Of a stretch of 64,000 nt of DNA, positions 38,179 to 52,644 are shown one piece after another; the first letter of the stretch is position 1, and each line of letters begins with the position of its first letter. This stretch comes from Camelus ferus (taxonomy: Eukaryota). The stretch spans positions 104,410,001 to 104,474,000 of the forward strand of contig NC_045697.1 of the NCBI RefSeq assembly GCF_009834535.1, given 5' to 3'. The notes beneath the pieces are model-generated. The model was not told the DNA's origin, did not search any database, and worked only from the letters and a program-made list of their open reading frames with translations. Position numbers and translations under genes: made by a program.

Positions 38179-39086
38179 TGTGAAATAGAAAATACACGTA
38201 TCAGCCTCTCCCTCCAGTTCCTGCACAGAGCTCCTAAGATCCTTGTAATTTTCTAAATGATAAGAGTACTAGGAGCATCTTTTTCCCCCCTGAAATTTGT
38301 CTTTGATCTTGGTTCCTGCCACAAAATTCCTAAATCCCTTGGAACTTCCTGCATGACAGGACTGTCTTGTTCTTATGAGGTCACGTCGAGTGGGCTCTTT
38401 GATAGCTCCTGGATGGGGGCTAGTCACCAGAAAGACCAAGCCATGAACAGCTGCTTTGAATTGTCAGCCCCACCTCCCATTCTCCAGAGAAGGCACGGGG
38501 GGCTAGAAGTGGAGTTGGTGATGGACTATGGCTATGGGATGAAGCCTCCAAAAAAAATCCCACAAGTACAAGATTTGGAGAGCTTCTGGGCTGCTGAACA
38601 CGTGGAGGTGCTGGGGAAGCGGTGCACCCAGAGAGGGCATGGAAGTTCCGCCCCCCTTCCCACGTATCTTGCCCTGTGCATCTCTTCATCTGGCTGTTCA
38701 TCTGTATCATTTATTGTATCATAAAATGCTCAGCATGTTTCCCTGAGCTCCCTGAGCTGTTCAAGCAAATAATCGAATCCAAGGGGGCAAAGGTCATGGA
38801 AACCTCCCATCTGCAGCCCAGCTGAACAGAACTGGGTAACCTGGGGACTGACTACTTGTTATTGGCATCTGAAGTGGGGGACACTCTCAAGGTTGCCCTG
38901 GACCTGTGGGATCTGATGCTATCTTTGTGTAGATAGTGTCAGAACTGAGTTAAATTGTAGGATACTCAGCTGGAATCCCAGAGAATTGCTTGCCATCGGA
39001 ACTGCCCACCCACATCTAGCATCAGAGTGTTGGCAGTACTCTGAAAGTAAGAGCAACACATGGGAGGGAGGGTGTTTCCTAAGTCA
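38179..39086 (+). mobile_element. MER21-family solo LTR
   Basis: TG...CA ends; ggggctagtcaccagaaagaccaagc...tcagccccacc...gagagggcatggaag...gcatctgaagtgggg; flanks gggtc/ggctc. Confidence 0.85.
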
Positions 39087-39498
39087 GGCTCTAAAAGACA
39101 ATGTGTTCAAGCAGGTGGAGTCAGTGGTAGAGAGAGTAGAAAGGGGCAGGCAGGTAAAAAATATAATGCAAATCTTGGGCAAGAGTCCACAAGACTGGCA
39201 TTAGAAATGCAACATTAGTGTCTACCGGCTATTCAGGAAAGGACTCACGTGTGCAGAACTGGATTCTTGAACAGGGATGCAAGATCCAAGGGGAAAAAAA
39301 GGACATTTCTCAGAGGCAAGAGAAAAGTACATACTCTCCATAAGGAGGTAAGTCCCTACCTGGAAGAACACAAAGATCTGAAACCTGACAGTCTCAATGA
39401 GGGGAAGAATGACTTACATTAAACGCATAAATAAAAATTAAGTATTTATGTGAGCAATGGGGGTGCCATGGACTTCCACATTCACTGCAGTGCAGAGA

Positions 39499-39998
39499 TG
39501 AAAATGTCTCTTTTGTCCCTTTCCTGTTCACCCATTCTGTCCCCCTCTAACCTTAAAAGAACCTCATTATAGGAATGAGATCACTAAGCAATTGAAACTA
39601 ACTCCTGAATTATGCTCTCCTGAATGCAAACCCCGCCTTATTTAATCTGTTGATTCTTTTATTAGTTTTCCACCCTCAGAAGCCTCCTTAGCAATCCTGC
39701 AGGCAGGTCACAAGGCCAAGGGAACTTCTGAAGAGAGTCAGCCAGACTGTCCCGCAATGGAGAAGGATGCAGAATCCAACCTCCTGCCTCGATGATTCAC
39801 TGAGATTCTTACCCTCATTTTTCCTTTTAAAAATGATCATGGCTGAGCAGAATCTGCAGAGTTGGTCTCTGGACAGAAGTCCACCATCTCCCCATATTAC
39901 CAGCTTTTCTGGTTAAAGCCCTTTTCCTTTCTACCAACACTTGCCTCTTGAATTATTGGCTTTCAAGCAACAAACAGCCAAACCAGAGTTTGGTCACA
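39499..39998 (+). mobile_element. ERV1-class solo LTR, 500 bp
   Basis: TG...CA termini with perfect 4-bp TSD gaga (39495-39498 / 39999-40002); U5-like end cttgcctcttgaattattggcttt...gagtttggtcaca. Confidence 0.8.
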
Positions 39999-42900
39999 GA
40001 GACACTGCATCCACTAGTGCAAACGAGCAGCAGAGACAAGGCACAAAGTCCCAGACTGCGAACCAAACCTCGGCTCCCTTGCCTTCTTATGGTTGCATTT
40101 CTCCCTCTGGGGTTAATTAGAGTCCTGGATCTCTGTAATAAACTTCCTTGAGCTACTTTCTGTTCTAAAGGGCCACATTTGTGCTACACCTGAGGAGGGA
40201 CATGGCGTGGCCAGTGGTCGTGTGGGTCTAGGGCTCCAGAAAGAGCCACAGAGTCAGGAGCACAGGACACCTCATCATTTTTAAAAGTTAACGACTGTTG
40301 AACATGATTTCCTCTTCATAGGTTTACCACCAACCTCATCGCTAACTCAAATGTTACTTCTTGCGTCAAACGTCACCAAGTAGAGATAGCCTCTCTCCTC
40401 TCTAAATGCCACTATAACCACTTGAAAAAGGTATATTGTACAGTCTTTACACTGCTTTTTTTCCTAAAACATGGGGTAGAGGTGGCACATTTAAGGGTCT
40501 GAGTCTGTGACAGGTTTTTGCACTCATAGGGAATAGCTGAGCCATCTCTCCCAGGTGGGGACCCCCAGAATTTTACCCTTCTCCCTGTAGGTCATGGACA
40601 CTGTTCCCCACCTGAAGTCTCTGAGCCTCTCTGAGAGTCCTGGGTCAAGAAGCACAAGCAGCTTCAGAAAAACAGATGGTTTCACTATGTGACTGGACTG
40701 CACCTAAAAAAACTTCGTCATAAAAATCCTGAAGCCAGGGCATCCACGTTTCCCATAACATAAAGTAGAATTAGTCCATGTGTGAATCACTTGGCTTCCA
40801 TCTGCTTTTCATAAATGTCAGTGATTGAGAAATGGGGGCAGGAAAGAGCAGCAAGATGGGGAATTAATTGGACATCTATCTGCTGTCCCCTCAGAGAAAT
40901 GCACAATCCTCCCACTCTCTTCCCCACAACAGAGAAAACACCTCTCAGCCTACTGCACTGAGAGGCAATAGATTTCAGAACTCCTGCAATAGTAAATTGA
41001 ATTGTAAAGTTTTGCTATCTTTATATTAATTTTAAAATAATGATTGTCATATGAAAATAGTAATTGTTTAATACTTTATTTCTGAGTTACACCGTCATGA
41101 AATTGTCACCTGATGTGGTCTGGGTAAAAAAAAAAAAACTACGAAGTTTTCTACTTTACAAACTTTTGTTTTATTTTATTGATATATAATATGCATGTTT
41201 TTCTTTTTTTAGTCTCTGAAAACAATAAAATTATGTCTATTTTGGTAAGAAAAGGCCTGAAAGTCAGTGATGAGATAGAGAATAGTACATGTTAAGTTAC
41301 TAAAGGCTAAATTTCTTATTAATCATTTAATGTGAATAGCTATGCATTAATAGATTACAGAGGCTTCTGCCATATTGGTATGCTTGAAGTGATATACTGA
41401 ATTGTTAGAATGTGATGTTCTTTCTGCTACTGAGCAAAGAAAAATGCAGTGCTAGACCTCTCCAATGTAAATAACACAGTTCACTAAAAAGATAAACAAA
41501 AGCTTAGATAATGAAGAATTATAAGGTCTTTAATGTTTAAATCTCTTTTGAAAACACTTCAAAGTTAAATCTAATTATTCTGAAGAATGGCCAAATGGAT
41601 GGTTGCTGTTGTGAACATCAGATCTTAAGGGCCACACCATCAGCAAGAGAAATAGAAACCTAAGCGAACCCCATTCCCAGATCTGATGAACACTAAGCTA
41701 ACATGCTGCCAAGAAAAACATTTCACATTCACCACCCTGAGTAAGAGTCCTTCCCCTGTACATGGGAGGAAGTCATTTGCCAGATGTTGCTGTTTATTTT
41801 ACACGTCTCCCTCTGACTCGTGCTTATGTTCTCTTGACCTCCCCAACTTCTCCCATGCACACCACGGGGAGGAAAATCGGGACTCAGTAAACCTTGGTAA
41901 AGAAGTTCCTAGCTGTTCGAGTCAGTTCCTCGGTCTCAACATGTGTTCTTGTTTATGGGTCCAGCCTAATTGCTGACAGAGATTGAATGATTCGGCTTCC
42001 CTCCTCCAGTCCTATCTGGACATCCATCAGGAAAGCAGACTGTTTTACAACCTGGCATCACAAATGACATCTATGATGGAAACTTTCTCTTTTATGACAA
42101 CAACAAACCTATTAGTGATAAATCAAGATAAAGAAAATGAAAAGAAGTCAAAACAAAAAGAAAAGATTGTGTTATTTAATAAAGGCACTCTATGACTTTA
42201 GAACTCCTAAAAGATCATGCAGATCATGCAGAATGTCGGAGGTTATGTTTACCAAATACGATTCTAGCAGGAATTTCAGTTGTGCTCTTGCTCTCTCCTT
42301 CCAGAGAATCAAACTGGCTGATTGAGGATGAAGGTCTGGATTACTGGATTTCAATGTTACACATATGTTGTTAACTTCATGCTAAAATGACACTGGTGTT
42401 CACGCAGGCCTGTGTGTCCTCAGAGGTCTCACACCCACCATGTCTACGTGCCTACTCACCAAAGCCAATGACGTCTGCGGTGGAGGCCACCTCTGCAGCT
42501 GTGTCCTGGGGTCGGCTTCTGTGCTCTTCTGTGATTCCCACTGTCCTGTCCCACTTGCTATCTTCTGGGTCCATTCCAAAAGTAGGAGCAGGGGAAACTG
42601 GGGTGAAAGATAAGGAGGTCAGGAAAACAGATAAAGCACAGCTGAAGTCCGGTCAGCTTAGAACATTCTGCAAATGTGCTCAGTAGGCCAGGGTTACTCA
42701 AGGAACTCAAAGGGCTTGGATTTAAATCATCTCTAAGAATGTCTGTACATATACAGACAACCCCTGCTAGTATTCTTGAAACATTTCGTAATATGCAGGG
42801 AATGACTCTGGGTGCTCAACAGTCATTGAATGAATAGTTATACAGTAATTCCTTGTATGAGAGACTGAGGAAAGATACCCTCATGATGTCCTTGTTAAGA

Positions 42901-43163
42901 TATTCGACTATTAGGCTAGTTAGCAGGACTTGACCTCTCCCAGATTTTTGGCAAAATTTCTCACTTGAAATTAAGCAAAAATGGCCCCCATGTGATTGCA
43001 AATCTCCAGAATCCTTTAAATTCTATTCACCTAGTTGACCAAAGGTTGAAAAGTATCTAATGCTGTAATTTACATATTGCAATCCAGTATTTCATACTCA
43101 ATGTGCTTTTTAAAAACATCTTTTTCAGTTCAGTAACAAACCTGACACGACTGTGATTTAGCA

Positions 43164-44101
43164 CAGCGTTCTAAAACTATCTGTGGTGCAAGACCAGTTT
43201 TGTTTTTTTTTTAATTTTCAATCCAAAATAGGCAGACATTTTTGAAAAATAAAATGGAGATGAATTACCAGAGAAATAAATAAAAACACCTATGTTTATT
43301 TGCCACAATAGCCAAGATATGAAAACAACCTAAGTATCCACTGGATGGATAAGAAAGATGTAAGATAGACAGATGATGGAAAGATAACATACAACAACGG
43401 AGTATTATTCAGCCATGAGAAAAGAGAAATCCTGCCATCTGCAATACCATGGATGAACCTAGAGGACATTATGCTGAGAGAAAGAAGCCAGAGAAAAGAC
43501 TAATACTGTATGATCTCACTTATGTGTGGAATCTTAAAAATTTTAAAAAGTCAAACTCACAGAGTAGAATGGTGGTTACCAGGCACTCAGGGGTGAGGGA
43601 GACAGGGAGATACTCATCAAACGATACAAGCCTTAAGTTATAAGATGAGTAAGTTCTGGGGAATCTAATGTACAGCATCGTGACTATAGTTAATATTATC
43701 TTGTATACTTGAAATTTGCTAAGAGAGTAGATCTTAAGTGTTTTCAGTATCAAAAAAAAAAAAACTATATGAGGTAATGGGTATGTTACTTAACCTGATT
43801 ATGGTGACCTTCAAAATGCACACATATGTCAAATCATCACTGTACACTTTAAATAGATACAGTTTCATTTGTCAATTATAACTCAATAAAGGAAGAAATA
43901 AAAAAGAAAAACAAAAGACAGAGAAAATACAAATGCCATTGTTTTTATCATTAAATTAAACAGACATAAAATTACACCGCCAAGTTTTTCTTCAGTTGTG
44001 CAAAAAGTTAAACACTCTCAGTTATTGTGTCTGGTCACAAACTTCTCACAAGCAGTCTGGCTGGCAGTACCAGTCTGTGGATCACACTAAGGGTCCCACT
44101 G
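43164..44101. mobile_element. Charlie4-like hAT DNA transposon remnant split by an L1
   Basis: Ends cagcgttctaaaactatctgtggtgcaagaccag and taccagtctgtggatcacact...cactg; flanks atttagca/gtttaggg resemble a degraded 8-bp TSD. Confidence 0.65.
43288..43905 (+). mobile_element. L1MA-like 3' end
   Basis: acaatagccaagatatgaaaacaacctaag...atgagtaagttctggggaatctaatgtacagc...gtcaattataactcaataaa. Confidence 0.88.
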
Positions 44102-44614
44102 GTTTAGGGCCAATCTTCTTCCTTTTGTTCTGAATCAAGCAGATTTAGGGCAGTAACTGAGTATGTTCACCTGTCATATAACCTCCTTCCCATAACACTA
44201 GCACTAAGGTCTCTGCAGAGGAGAAAGATTGCTCCGTGTTGTTGAAGTGCATTTCCAATATTTTTCAAGTATAAAAGAAGTTATTTTTAATCCCGTACCC
44301 TTCAAGTTTTCTAAAAATTTGAAGATTAAAATATCCATCAAAAGTCAGAAAATAAAAGTCACTAAGAAAATGTCTCTTTTTCAAAAAAAAATGATTATTC
44401 TCACTTATACATCTATGTTCTCCCATTGAAATGCTACCAAGCCATATTTTCTTGGCATTAGGGAATAATGAAGATACATGTCTAGGTAGCACAGAGCTCA
44501 TACAGAAAACAGCAGGACTTCCAACACGCCGTCCTTAGAAAGGAATGGGACAGGAAGTTTGTGTCTTATGTGTTCTTTTAATCTTTCTTTCTCCCTCTCT
44601 CCCCCTCCCTCACT

Positions 44615-44618
<4 letters not shown>

Positions 44619-44662
<44 letters not shown>
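44619..44662. repeat. (CA)22 microsatellite
   Basis: Read directly. Confidence 0.95.
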
Positions 44663-44665
<3 letters not shown>

Positions 44666-44944
44666 CACATATTACACTGGCTTAGCAGTTAAGTGCTTGG
44701 CTTTGTAACTAAACAGATTTCACTTAAGTCCTGATCATAGCACTCACTAGCCATGAGATCTTGGGTAAGTCACTCACCCTTCTGTGCCCAGATTTTACAC
44801 TAGGTTCTCCATAAATATTTTTTGAATGAGCAAAGGCATTTTTTTAATGGTGTTGAAGAGTAGTATAGTAGAAGATGGACAAACAGTCCCATACTTCTTG
44901 ATTTGTGCCAGTTTCATAGAGTTAGGGTAAAAAAAAAAAAAACA

Positions 44945-45200
44945 CAGGATACAGATATAGAGAACAAACTAGCGCTTACTAGTGGGGAGAGGAAAAGGGA
45001 CAGGGGCAAGACAGGGATTAGGAGTTACAAAGTATCAAGTGCAAAGTAAGTAAGCTCTGAGGATATACTGTACAACACAGGAAATACGGCCAATGTTTTA
45101 TAATAACTATAAATGGAGTGTAACCTTTGAAAACGTGAATCACCATATTGTTCACCTATAACATGTAACATTATACATCAACTATATCTCAGTTAAAAAA
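44945..45200 (+). mobile_element. L1 3' tip (ungulate-type)
   Basis: acagatatagagaacaaactag...ggatatactgtacaacacagg...gtgaatcac...atcaactatatctcagttaaaaaa. Confidence 0.8.
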
Positions 45201-47711
45201 CAGTATCACGATGAAACATCCAGCAATTACTGATTCACATTACAGTCTAAAGAACACTATCAACAACAGCAACCTGTGAACACTGCTAATGAACCAGCAC
45301 AGAACTTTCCTTCAGTGCTAGTACCCTCCTTCCTGATGGCCGAAGAATCACCTAAGCAGGCAAATAGAAAACCTGAGTTTAAAACGCCACTGTTCTGTAT
45401 TACTAAGTGTGTGCTCACGCATGCACGTTTTAAAAAACTGAATCGAATCAAGACAGATATTGCCAATAAAAACCACTATTTGAATTCAACCACCATTTTA
45501 AAATTATTTCCAGGCTTTCAACATAGCAAAATGAACCGAATCTACCAAAAAAACACTATCTCAAGAGAAAATTCTAAAGTTATTATTGCCCATGACCCCT
45601 TCCCTCCCTGAGAAAGATGCAGATTAGCGTGACTCACACAAGCAATGAAGTATAATTACAAAAGAGCCTTGTTACACAAAGTGCAACAGTTACAGAGAAT
45701 TTTTACCCTGTAAATGGAATGGTGCAGAGGGGCCTGAAATCACAGAGGGTATAGGAAAAGGACACGGAATTTGAGATCACAGGCCATGAGAAGACCATGC
45801 TGTACTGCCAATTTTTTAGCTGCAATCTAGTTTTTGTCTAATCTTTAAAATATGAAAAATGATACATACTCCCAATGGGGTGTTATGAGAAGTATGTAAT
45901 ACAACAGATCTGCAAAGCACTTTTCTAAGTTTATTAAGTTTTCAAATGTTCTTAAAGGTGATACAGAAATAAATACTCCACTTTATTTTCATTTACAAAG
46001 CCTCCATGAGGGCAGAAAGGCAGAGAGCATTGTTTAAGACAGTAACATGGAAATATACACCCTTAGAACCACTGGCATAGCCTTAGCATCAATGGCACAA
46101 GTCCCAAGGCTGAGCAGTCTCCCCAAAAACTGCCAGACCCAAAGCAATGTCCTGTTTCCCTCAATAAATACTCCTCTTACTCTCCATTTCCTAAAGAGAC
46201 AGAAAATGCAATTTTTTTTCAACTAGCCAACATAATGGTCCTGCAGGAAGAAGAAAAAAATTTGAAGTAGTAATAAACAGAGCTGCCCTCTAAACGGTGT
46301 GAAGAACACAAACAAAGATGGAAGCAGGAATACATGCCCACCCCCTTCCTTAGCGCCGAAGGGGGAAAGCAGTGCAAAAGCTAGAAGGGGAGCAATGTCC
46401 CACAAGGTCTCTTTATTAGCCATGTGTGGATATTTGCATTTTTGGAAATACCCCTTCCCAAGTCATGCCCTATTCCTTGGGTCACTGTCTGCAAGCATGC
46501 TGTTCAAGTGATTCACGTTGGAAAGAGGGCCTTGCCCCACGACTGAAGACTCCTAAATTGCTCTGGTGGTTCCATTTGCCAATGCGTATTAGTTTTGGCA
46601 GAGCAGACACATGGAAAGCTGTTCTTCTCATATTCTTTGGCTTTTATACTTTGCATGTCAGATGAAACAGCAACGCAAAACTAAAACTGTTCCAGACCAA
46701 AGAAGACTTGGAATTTAATTTGGTTCCTGGGAGGCACAGTCATGGTGGAGGGGAGCTCTAACGGCAGGCTGGAGATGGATATTCTAGACCCAGCGCTGTT
46801 GCTCCACACCACAAATCACTCAGCTTTCTGAGTCTCAACTGCTACATCTCTGAACTGAAGAATTTATCCTGGATTAAGGTTTGATGATCACTAGTAAACC
46901 ATATCAGATTAAAGTCTTCAACAACTTTTTTTTTAAATATTTACCTTAAAGGGCTTTATTTAAAACTGTATTTCCTGTTGTTAGAGACAGAATTAGAAAG
47001 TGAAATTAAAGTAAGATTTCTACTGAACTTTTTCAGTCATTTTGTTATTCATTAAATATGTATGAGTCCGTACACTTCTAATAAAATTAGGTGAATTAAA
47101 TATTACTTTTATTTATATACCTTTTTTTCTTCTCTATTTCTCCCAATGGCCAACATCACTTATAGAATGAGGAACTGTTCTTTCAAGTTATGGAAAAGCA
47201 AATGGGTATCTGACAGAGGTTAGAAATTTGTGATTTCTAACTTTTGATTTGAAAACAGTTAAAGTGGAAAAAAAAAGAAATTGCCAACAGTGTTACCTCT
47301 GTTTATCAGCCATGGCCTAGTAACTTTCTTTCAGACTTTTTCTACACATAAATTTTCTAAAGAAAGAAGCAGAGTTTGTTTGTTTGTTGTTTGTTTGTTT
47401 TTTACTTAGTGCTGGTAATAGTGTATATACAATTTGACATCTTGCTTTTCTCACTGAATAGGCAAGTTAAAATAAGCATTTTTTCCAAGTCACTGAAAAC
47501 TCTCTATTTTATTGGTTGCATACTCTTCAACAAATGTATACCAAAATTTACAGAGCTATTTCCAGATAGATGAGCATTTTAAGTAGTAAGTTGTCAAACA
47601 ATTTTAATATTTGTGTGTCAGGTACATAAAGCTTTCATCAAGGGGAGAAACTGCAACGCACGGAGATGGAACAGGGGGGAAGAGGAGCAGCAGATAAATT
47701 CCAGACCTATT

Positions 47712-48257
47712 CGACATGCTCCCAGTGTTCAGAGCAGCACTAGTAACAAAGGCCAAGTCATGAAAACAACCTAAATGTCCATGGACAGATGATCAGATAA
47801 AGAAGATGGGGTGTGTGTGTGTGTGTACTAGAACACTACTAAGCCATAAAAAAGGATGAAATAATGCCATTTGCAGCAACTTGGATGGACTTGGAGATTA
47901 TCATACTAAGTGAAGTAAGTCAGACAGAGAAAGACAAATACATTACTTATACGTGGAATCTAAAAAAAAAGGACACAAATGAATTTATTTATAAAACAGA
48001 AACAGACTCACAGACATAGAAAACAAACTTATGGTTACCAAAGGGGCAGGTGGGGGAGGGATAAATGAGTTTGGGATTAGCAGTTACAAACTACTATGTA
48101 CAAAATAGATAAACAACAAGGACCTACTGTATGTATAACACAGGGAACTATATTCAATTTCTTGTAATAACTTATAATGAAAAAGAATATATATATACAT
48201 ATACATATATATAACTGAATCACTATGTTGTACACCGGAAACTAACACAACTAGACT
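47712..48257 (+). mobile_element. Cetartiodactyl-type L1 3' end
   Basis: aaacaacctaaatgtcca...atttgcagcaacttggatggac...acagactcacagacatagaaaacaaac...ataactgaatcactatg. Confidence 0.88.
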
Positions 48258-48649
48258 TTTTTTAAAATTCCAAATATTTGGAAGAGACCCAAATAAGAGT
48301 CCCAGGGAAAGGCTGCGTGCTCTGCCTCAGTGGAGACATGGCAGTCAAGGAAAAAAGTGGGCCTTTTGGTAAGGAGGTCCCATCCATTCCACAGCCATGC
48401 AAAAATACCCCTCAAGAGAAATGTGATTTCCTACAACAGCAGAAAATGGCTTCCAAAACAGCGTGATGCAAAGAACCAAGCGGCGGTGACAAATTCCACT
48501 GTCCCCAAAGTGCTGAAGTGCAGTGAGGTGAGCAGCCATCCTCTGTAGTGTGGCTGTTGTAAGAAAAAGGAAATGCAGCTGGTTTTCAATCCCAGTATTG
48601 AAGTATAAGGAGATTTTTCTAATTGCTCACCAGGGTCTGTAATATTTTC

Positions 48650-48652
<3 letters not shown>

Positions 48653-48685
<33 letters not shown>

Positions 48686-48785
48686 TTTTTTTTTGGCAGG
48701 GGTAGGTAATTAGATTTTCTTATTTATTTTCAGAGAAGGTGCCAGGGATTGAACCCAGGACCTCATGCATGCTAAGCATGCACTC
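48653..48785 (-). mobile_element. 5'-truncated camelid SINE with (TA)14 beyond its tail
   Basis: ggtaggtaattag...gggattgaacccaggacctcatgcatgctaagcatgcactc; the A-box end is missing. Confidence 0.85.
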
Positions 48786-50791
48786 ATTTATATTACTTAT
48801 AGGAGTTGCATACACAAATTTCTTTTTTAAAACTATTTTCCTTTCTTTATGTACCACTGGAGTTGGGGAGAAAAATAGAGGATTTATCCTTTCTTTACAG
48901 GGTCATCTTAGCTGAATATATGAACTCTTCATCTTAGCTTCTATGTTTGAACTTTTCATAAATTTATAAAAGATATATATAAGACATTAAACAATTTTAC
49001 TAGGAAGTTTTTCCCAATAGTAGTTTAAAATGTGTCAGTGATAATAAAGATATCTCTGTTGCTGACTTAGAGAAACACCATAGTTAAATTAACATACAAC
49101 TTGAAATTTTAAGGCAAAGGGTAGTGATTTTCCAATGTGTTAGAATTAAATATGATTTTGACCAAATTTTATTAAATACGCAGAAAAACAAACTATACAA
49201 ATGAAAGATGTAAAGTGACTGGATCTATAGGTCCTAAGAAAACACAACTGCAATTAAAGAAGTTTAAAAAATTTTTTTTGGTTTTTGATGATGAAGTTTT
49301 TATTAGATGTTGGATTGATTATTCAGTTTCTTAATTCTCTTTCCTTCAAAGTACTTAAGAATACAGCAGCGAATTTTCTCTCTAAAAAAATAGGAGGAGT
49401 TCGGTGAAAGAGAAAGATAGCCCAGAGTCTAGACGGTCTCTTAGGAACCCTTCCTGTGTACTAATCCTGACTTACATTCATTACTCATCTCCTTAGAGGT
49501 AATCCAAACAGATTAAGAAATAAGATGCTTTTTTCTTCTCTCTTCTTTTTGGCTTTGGGAACTATTTTTAAATTAATACTTCCTGCTCCCTCCCAAGAAC
49601 CTTGGAACCTTTGCAAACAGTTGTTAAATAGCTATAATTTCCTCCCCTATTCATTCAGTGTTCACACCACGTCCAAGATAAGCAACGCGCACTTTAAGGT
49701 ATCACAGTGTCCAACACTATAATAAAGGAAAAAGTGATTTTTAACAGATGGGAAACATAGGTTTCTAATTCAAGAACACACTGCAAAAGAAAAGAGATTT
49801 TTGCTTCAGACAAGGATTGTGAGAGTTTCTAAATTCTGTTCATACTTCAAAGCCTGGCTCTATTACACCAGATACAACTCAACTCATAACTTATTTTTCA
49901 TTTTTCCTTGGGGCCAAACTATACTTAATAGCTAGATCTGCCAATTTTTTTAATTGTATGTTCATTTTGTTGTACAGTTCAAGTTTGTTGGAGTCAACTG
50001 CAGCAAAGACTTATGACTTACTCTGGTAAATTTCCACTGCTTTTTGTAAAGAAACACTGAAAGAATTTTAAGAAAAGAATGATGTGCTAAAAGCATACAA
50101 TTTATACACCAAGTTCAGAATGTTGAGAGAAAGCAACATAGGAAACACTGTTCCCACCATCTTTCAGAAAGAAATCTTTGCAGATGTGGCTAACCAAGGA
50201 TTTCTATAATCTAGTATTTTTTAAAAGTATTTGTTTTTTCAGTTTAGAAATACATTAAATTGAGTAACAGTCAAGGAAAGAAAACAAAACCCATAAGACT
50301 CTCTTCGGATTTAAACCATGCAAACCACTGGCTTTACCCAAGAGCAGCAGCAATCCCATTAATGCAATTCACATCTTCCCACTGACCTATGGGATTCCAT
50401 ATACCCTTGGTATACTTAAAATAAAAACTCTTTTAAGGTATGAAGATCCCTAGTTCCATAGTCAATGGTGCGAAGGTCCAAACTCATGCCCTGTTAGCAG
50501 CGTTTGGATAACAACGAATGAAAGTATTTTACAGTGCTGACTAATGAATCAAAGGAACACTTGATCTAAAATTGAATCCCAGCACCCTCAGTCATAAACA
50601 ACCTTCTTAATTAACATAATCTACTAAGAAACAAGAATTTCCAATGTTTTTTTAATGACTTTTTTATTTGTTATACTAAGTTTTCTACTTCAGGCTACAT
50701 AGAAGGTTGCCTTCTCAACTAGTGAGTCTGGAAATATTTGAGAAAGTACCAGCAGGGAGTTTGTCACCAAATGGATTTTCACATTTGGGTG

Positions 50792-50886
50792 AGTGGTTCT
50801 CAAACTTCAATACGTGTCAGAATTGCTGTGGTTAAGCTGAAGTCTCACAGGTGATTCTGATGCCCACTCAAGCTTTAGAACCACTG
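50792..50886. mobile_element. Fold-back MER5-derived mini element
   Basis: agtggttctcaaact...tcagaat at left; its imperfect reverse complement attctgatg...ttagaaccact at right. Confidence 0.65.
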
Positions 50887-51649
50887 CTCTAGATTCCACA
50901 TTCATGATCTCTTCCATTTTGTCCTAGGAATTCATTTTTAATTTTTAATCAAAATATGGTTCTTAATTTCTAGGACTGCCAATAGCCTTTGTCTTCTCTG
51001 TACATGATTCTTCTCCGGTCTTTAGCAACAACTCACTACGTGTGGCTGAGTCTCCCCTGATCTAGGGAGAGGAAAGAGGGGTCAGCCCCAGCAGAGGGAA
51101 CTTGTGTTAGTTCAACTAGCTTACTTCAATGCTATCTCAATTTCTTTAGAGAAAGTGAACATTTCTAGCCTTCAAATAAGCCACTAAAGCAGCTGGATCT
51201 AGATGAAATACACAACACTGCTTCCTCTTTGGAAGATCCTAATTCTTCAGAAAACACCGTGGGAAATCTGTTGACAATTTCCTGTAGGCTGACCAACATT
51301 AATTCCCAATGATGTCAACCATTTCCTTTCCATGAGGTTTTGCAAAGCCCTTGGCCATGCAAAATTTGTTCTTGAAGAGAACGTGCTGAGATATATTTTG
51401 TTCTTGCTCTATTTCATTCGCTTGGAGAAGTATCTGTGAAGAGTAAGCCTTCAATAAATATCTGTTGAATGAATGGTTTCTTGTCACATAAAGTATGTGG
51501 TCTTGAAAACTGTGAAGGACATCATGAACTTAGTATCCAGCCCTTTGTAAAATATCAAGGGAGCTCCCTTTGTGCCTCATTGATCTACCACAGAGTTGAC
51601 TTCCATTTTTGCAAACATAGTCATCAAAAAGAAAAAAGTTGTTTTAGAA

Positions 51650-51740
51650 AAAAGAATATGTACATGTATGACTGAATCACCATGCTGTATACCAGACACT
51701 AACACAACACTGTAAATCAGCTAGACTTCAATTAAAAAAT
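51650..51740 (+). mobile_element. L1 extreme 3' tip
   Basis: atgactgaatcaccatgctgtataccagacactaacacaacactgtaaatc...cttcaattaaaaaa. Confidence 0.8.
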
Positions 51741-52423
51741 ACATAAAACTTGTGTTAAATGCAGCACTATTCAGAGGTTTCTTACCTATATCATAATATA
51801 ATTCTGATACAATTCCAGATTTTCAGTATCAGTTGACAAACTTAGACCATTTGATGCCAGCTTATACAAGATGGTCCTAGACTTTATCCAAATATATTTT
51901 GAAGCATGATCTCATTCATAAAAGACTCTCTATTCTTAAATATTCCAGAATTCTGATGTAACCCTCTGCTATCTGAACAGAGTTGCTGTGTCTGAAATGG
52001 CTAGATTTCCTAGGATGGGCACACCCTGTTTCCTAGTGACTCATCAACAGAGTCCTCTTTCTACATATATTAGAGACATAGTGTTTTTTTTAATTTAAAT
52101 AGAGCTTAGATTACATGAGTAGAAACTATAAGTTTTACTTAAGAAGGAGTAGATTCTACACAAGAGACTGTCTCTAAAAGTTGACTGTCCATTACATTTT
52201 GGAAACTGAATTATAATCTAAAAGTACCGAGGCAGCTAGCTCATCTGCTGGTGTGAGCCTATGATACTGCCTTTTGCAAAGTGACCAAAAATGTAAAAGT
52301 AAATCCTTTTACTACCAACAAATTTGTCATTTGTGTTATTAAAGTAATGCCTTGTTTCAGCAGCTCAAGGAGGCCCTTTTGCAAATGATTCATATTTTAA
52401 AAGGATAGAATAAGGTATTTTTT

Positions 52424-52580
52424 GAGGATTTTTAAAAATTTTTTTTATTTTTTGCTTGTGGGGGAGGTAATTTGGTTTGTTTGTTTGTTTGTTTGTTTTT
52501 AATGGAGGTACTGGGGATTGAACCTGGGACCTCGTGCATGCTAAGCAAGTGCTCTACTACTGAGCTGTACCCTCCCCTCC
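52424..52580 (-). mobile_element. Camelid tRNA-derived SINE, long form with (TTTG)n
   Basis: ggaggtactggggattgaacctgggacctcgtgcatgctaagc...ctgagctgtaccctcccc; TSD aaggtatttttt / aaggcatttttt. Confidence 0.92.
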
Positions 52581-52644
52581 AAGGCATTTTTTAAAAAACA
52601 GCACAGAAAAATCACCAGCCAAGTGGCTTTTGCCCAGGTAAATT

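Noticed and set aside
37724..38724. 146-aa and 155-aa ORFs
   Set aside because: They run through MIR-like/AT-rich DNA and a MER21 LTR; no recognisable domain.
47640..47711. mRNA-L1 chimera at the 5' end of the L1 fragment
   Set aside because: The approximate TSD (aaattcca..tatt) starts at the end of this segment, so it is flank, probably L2-like.
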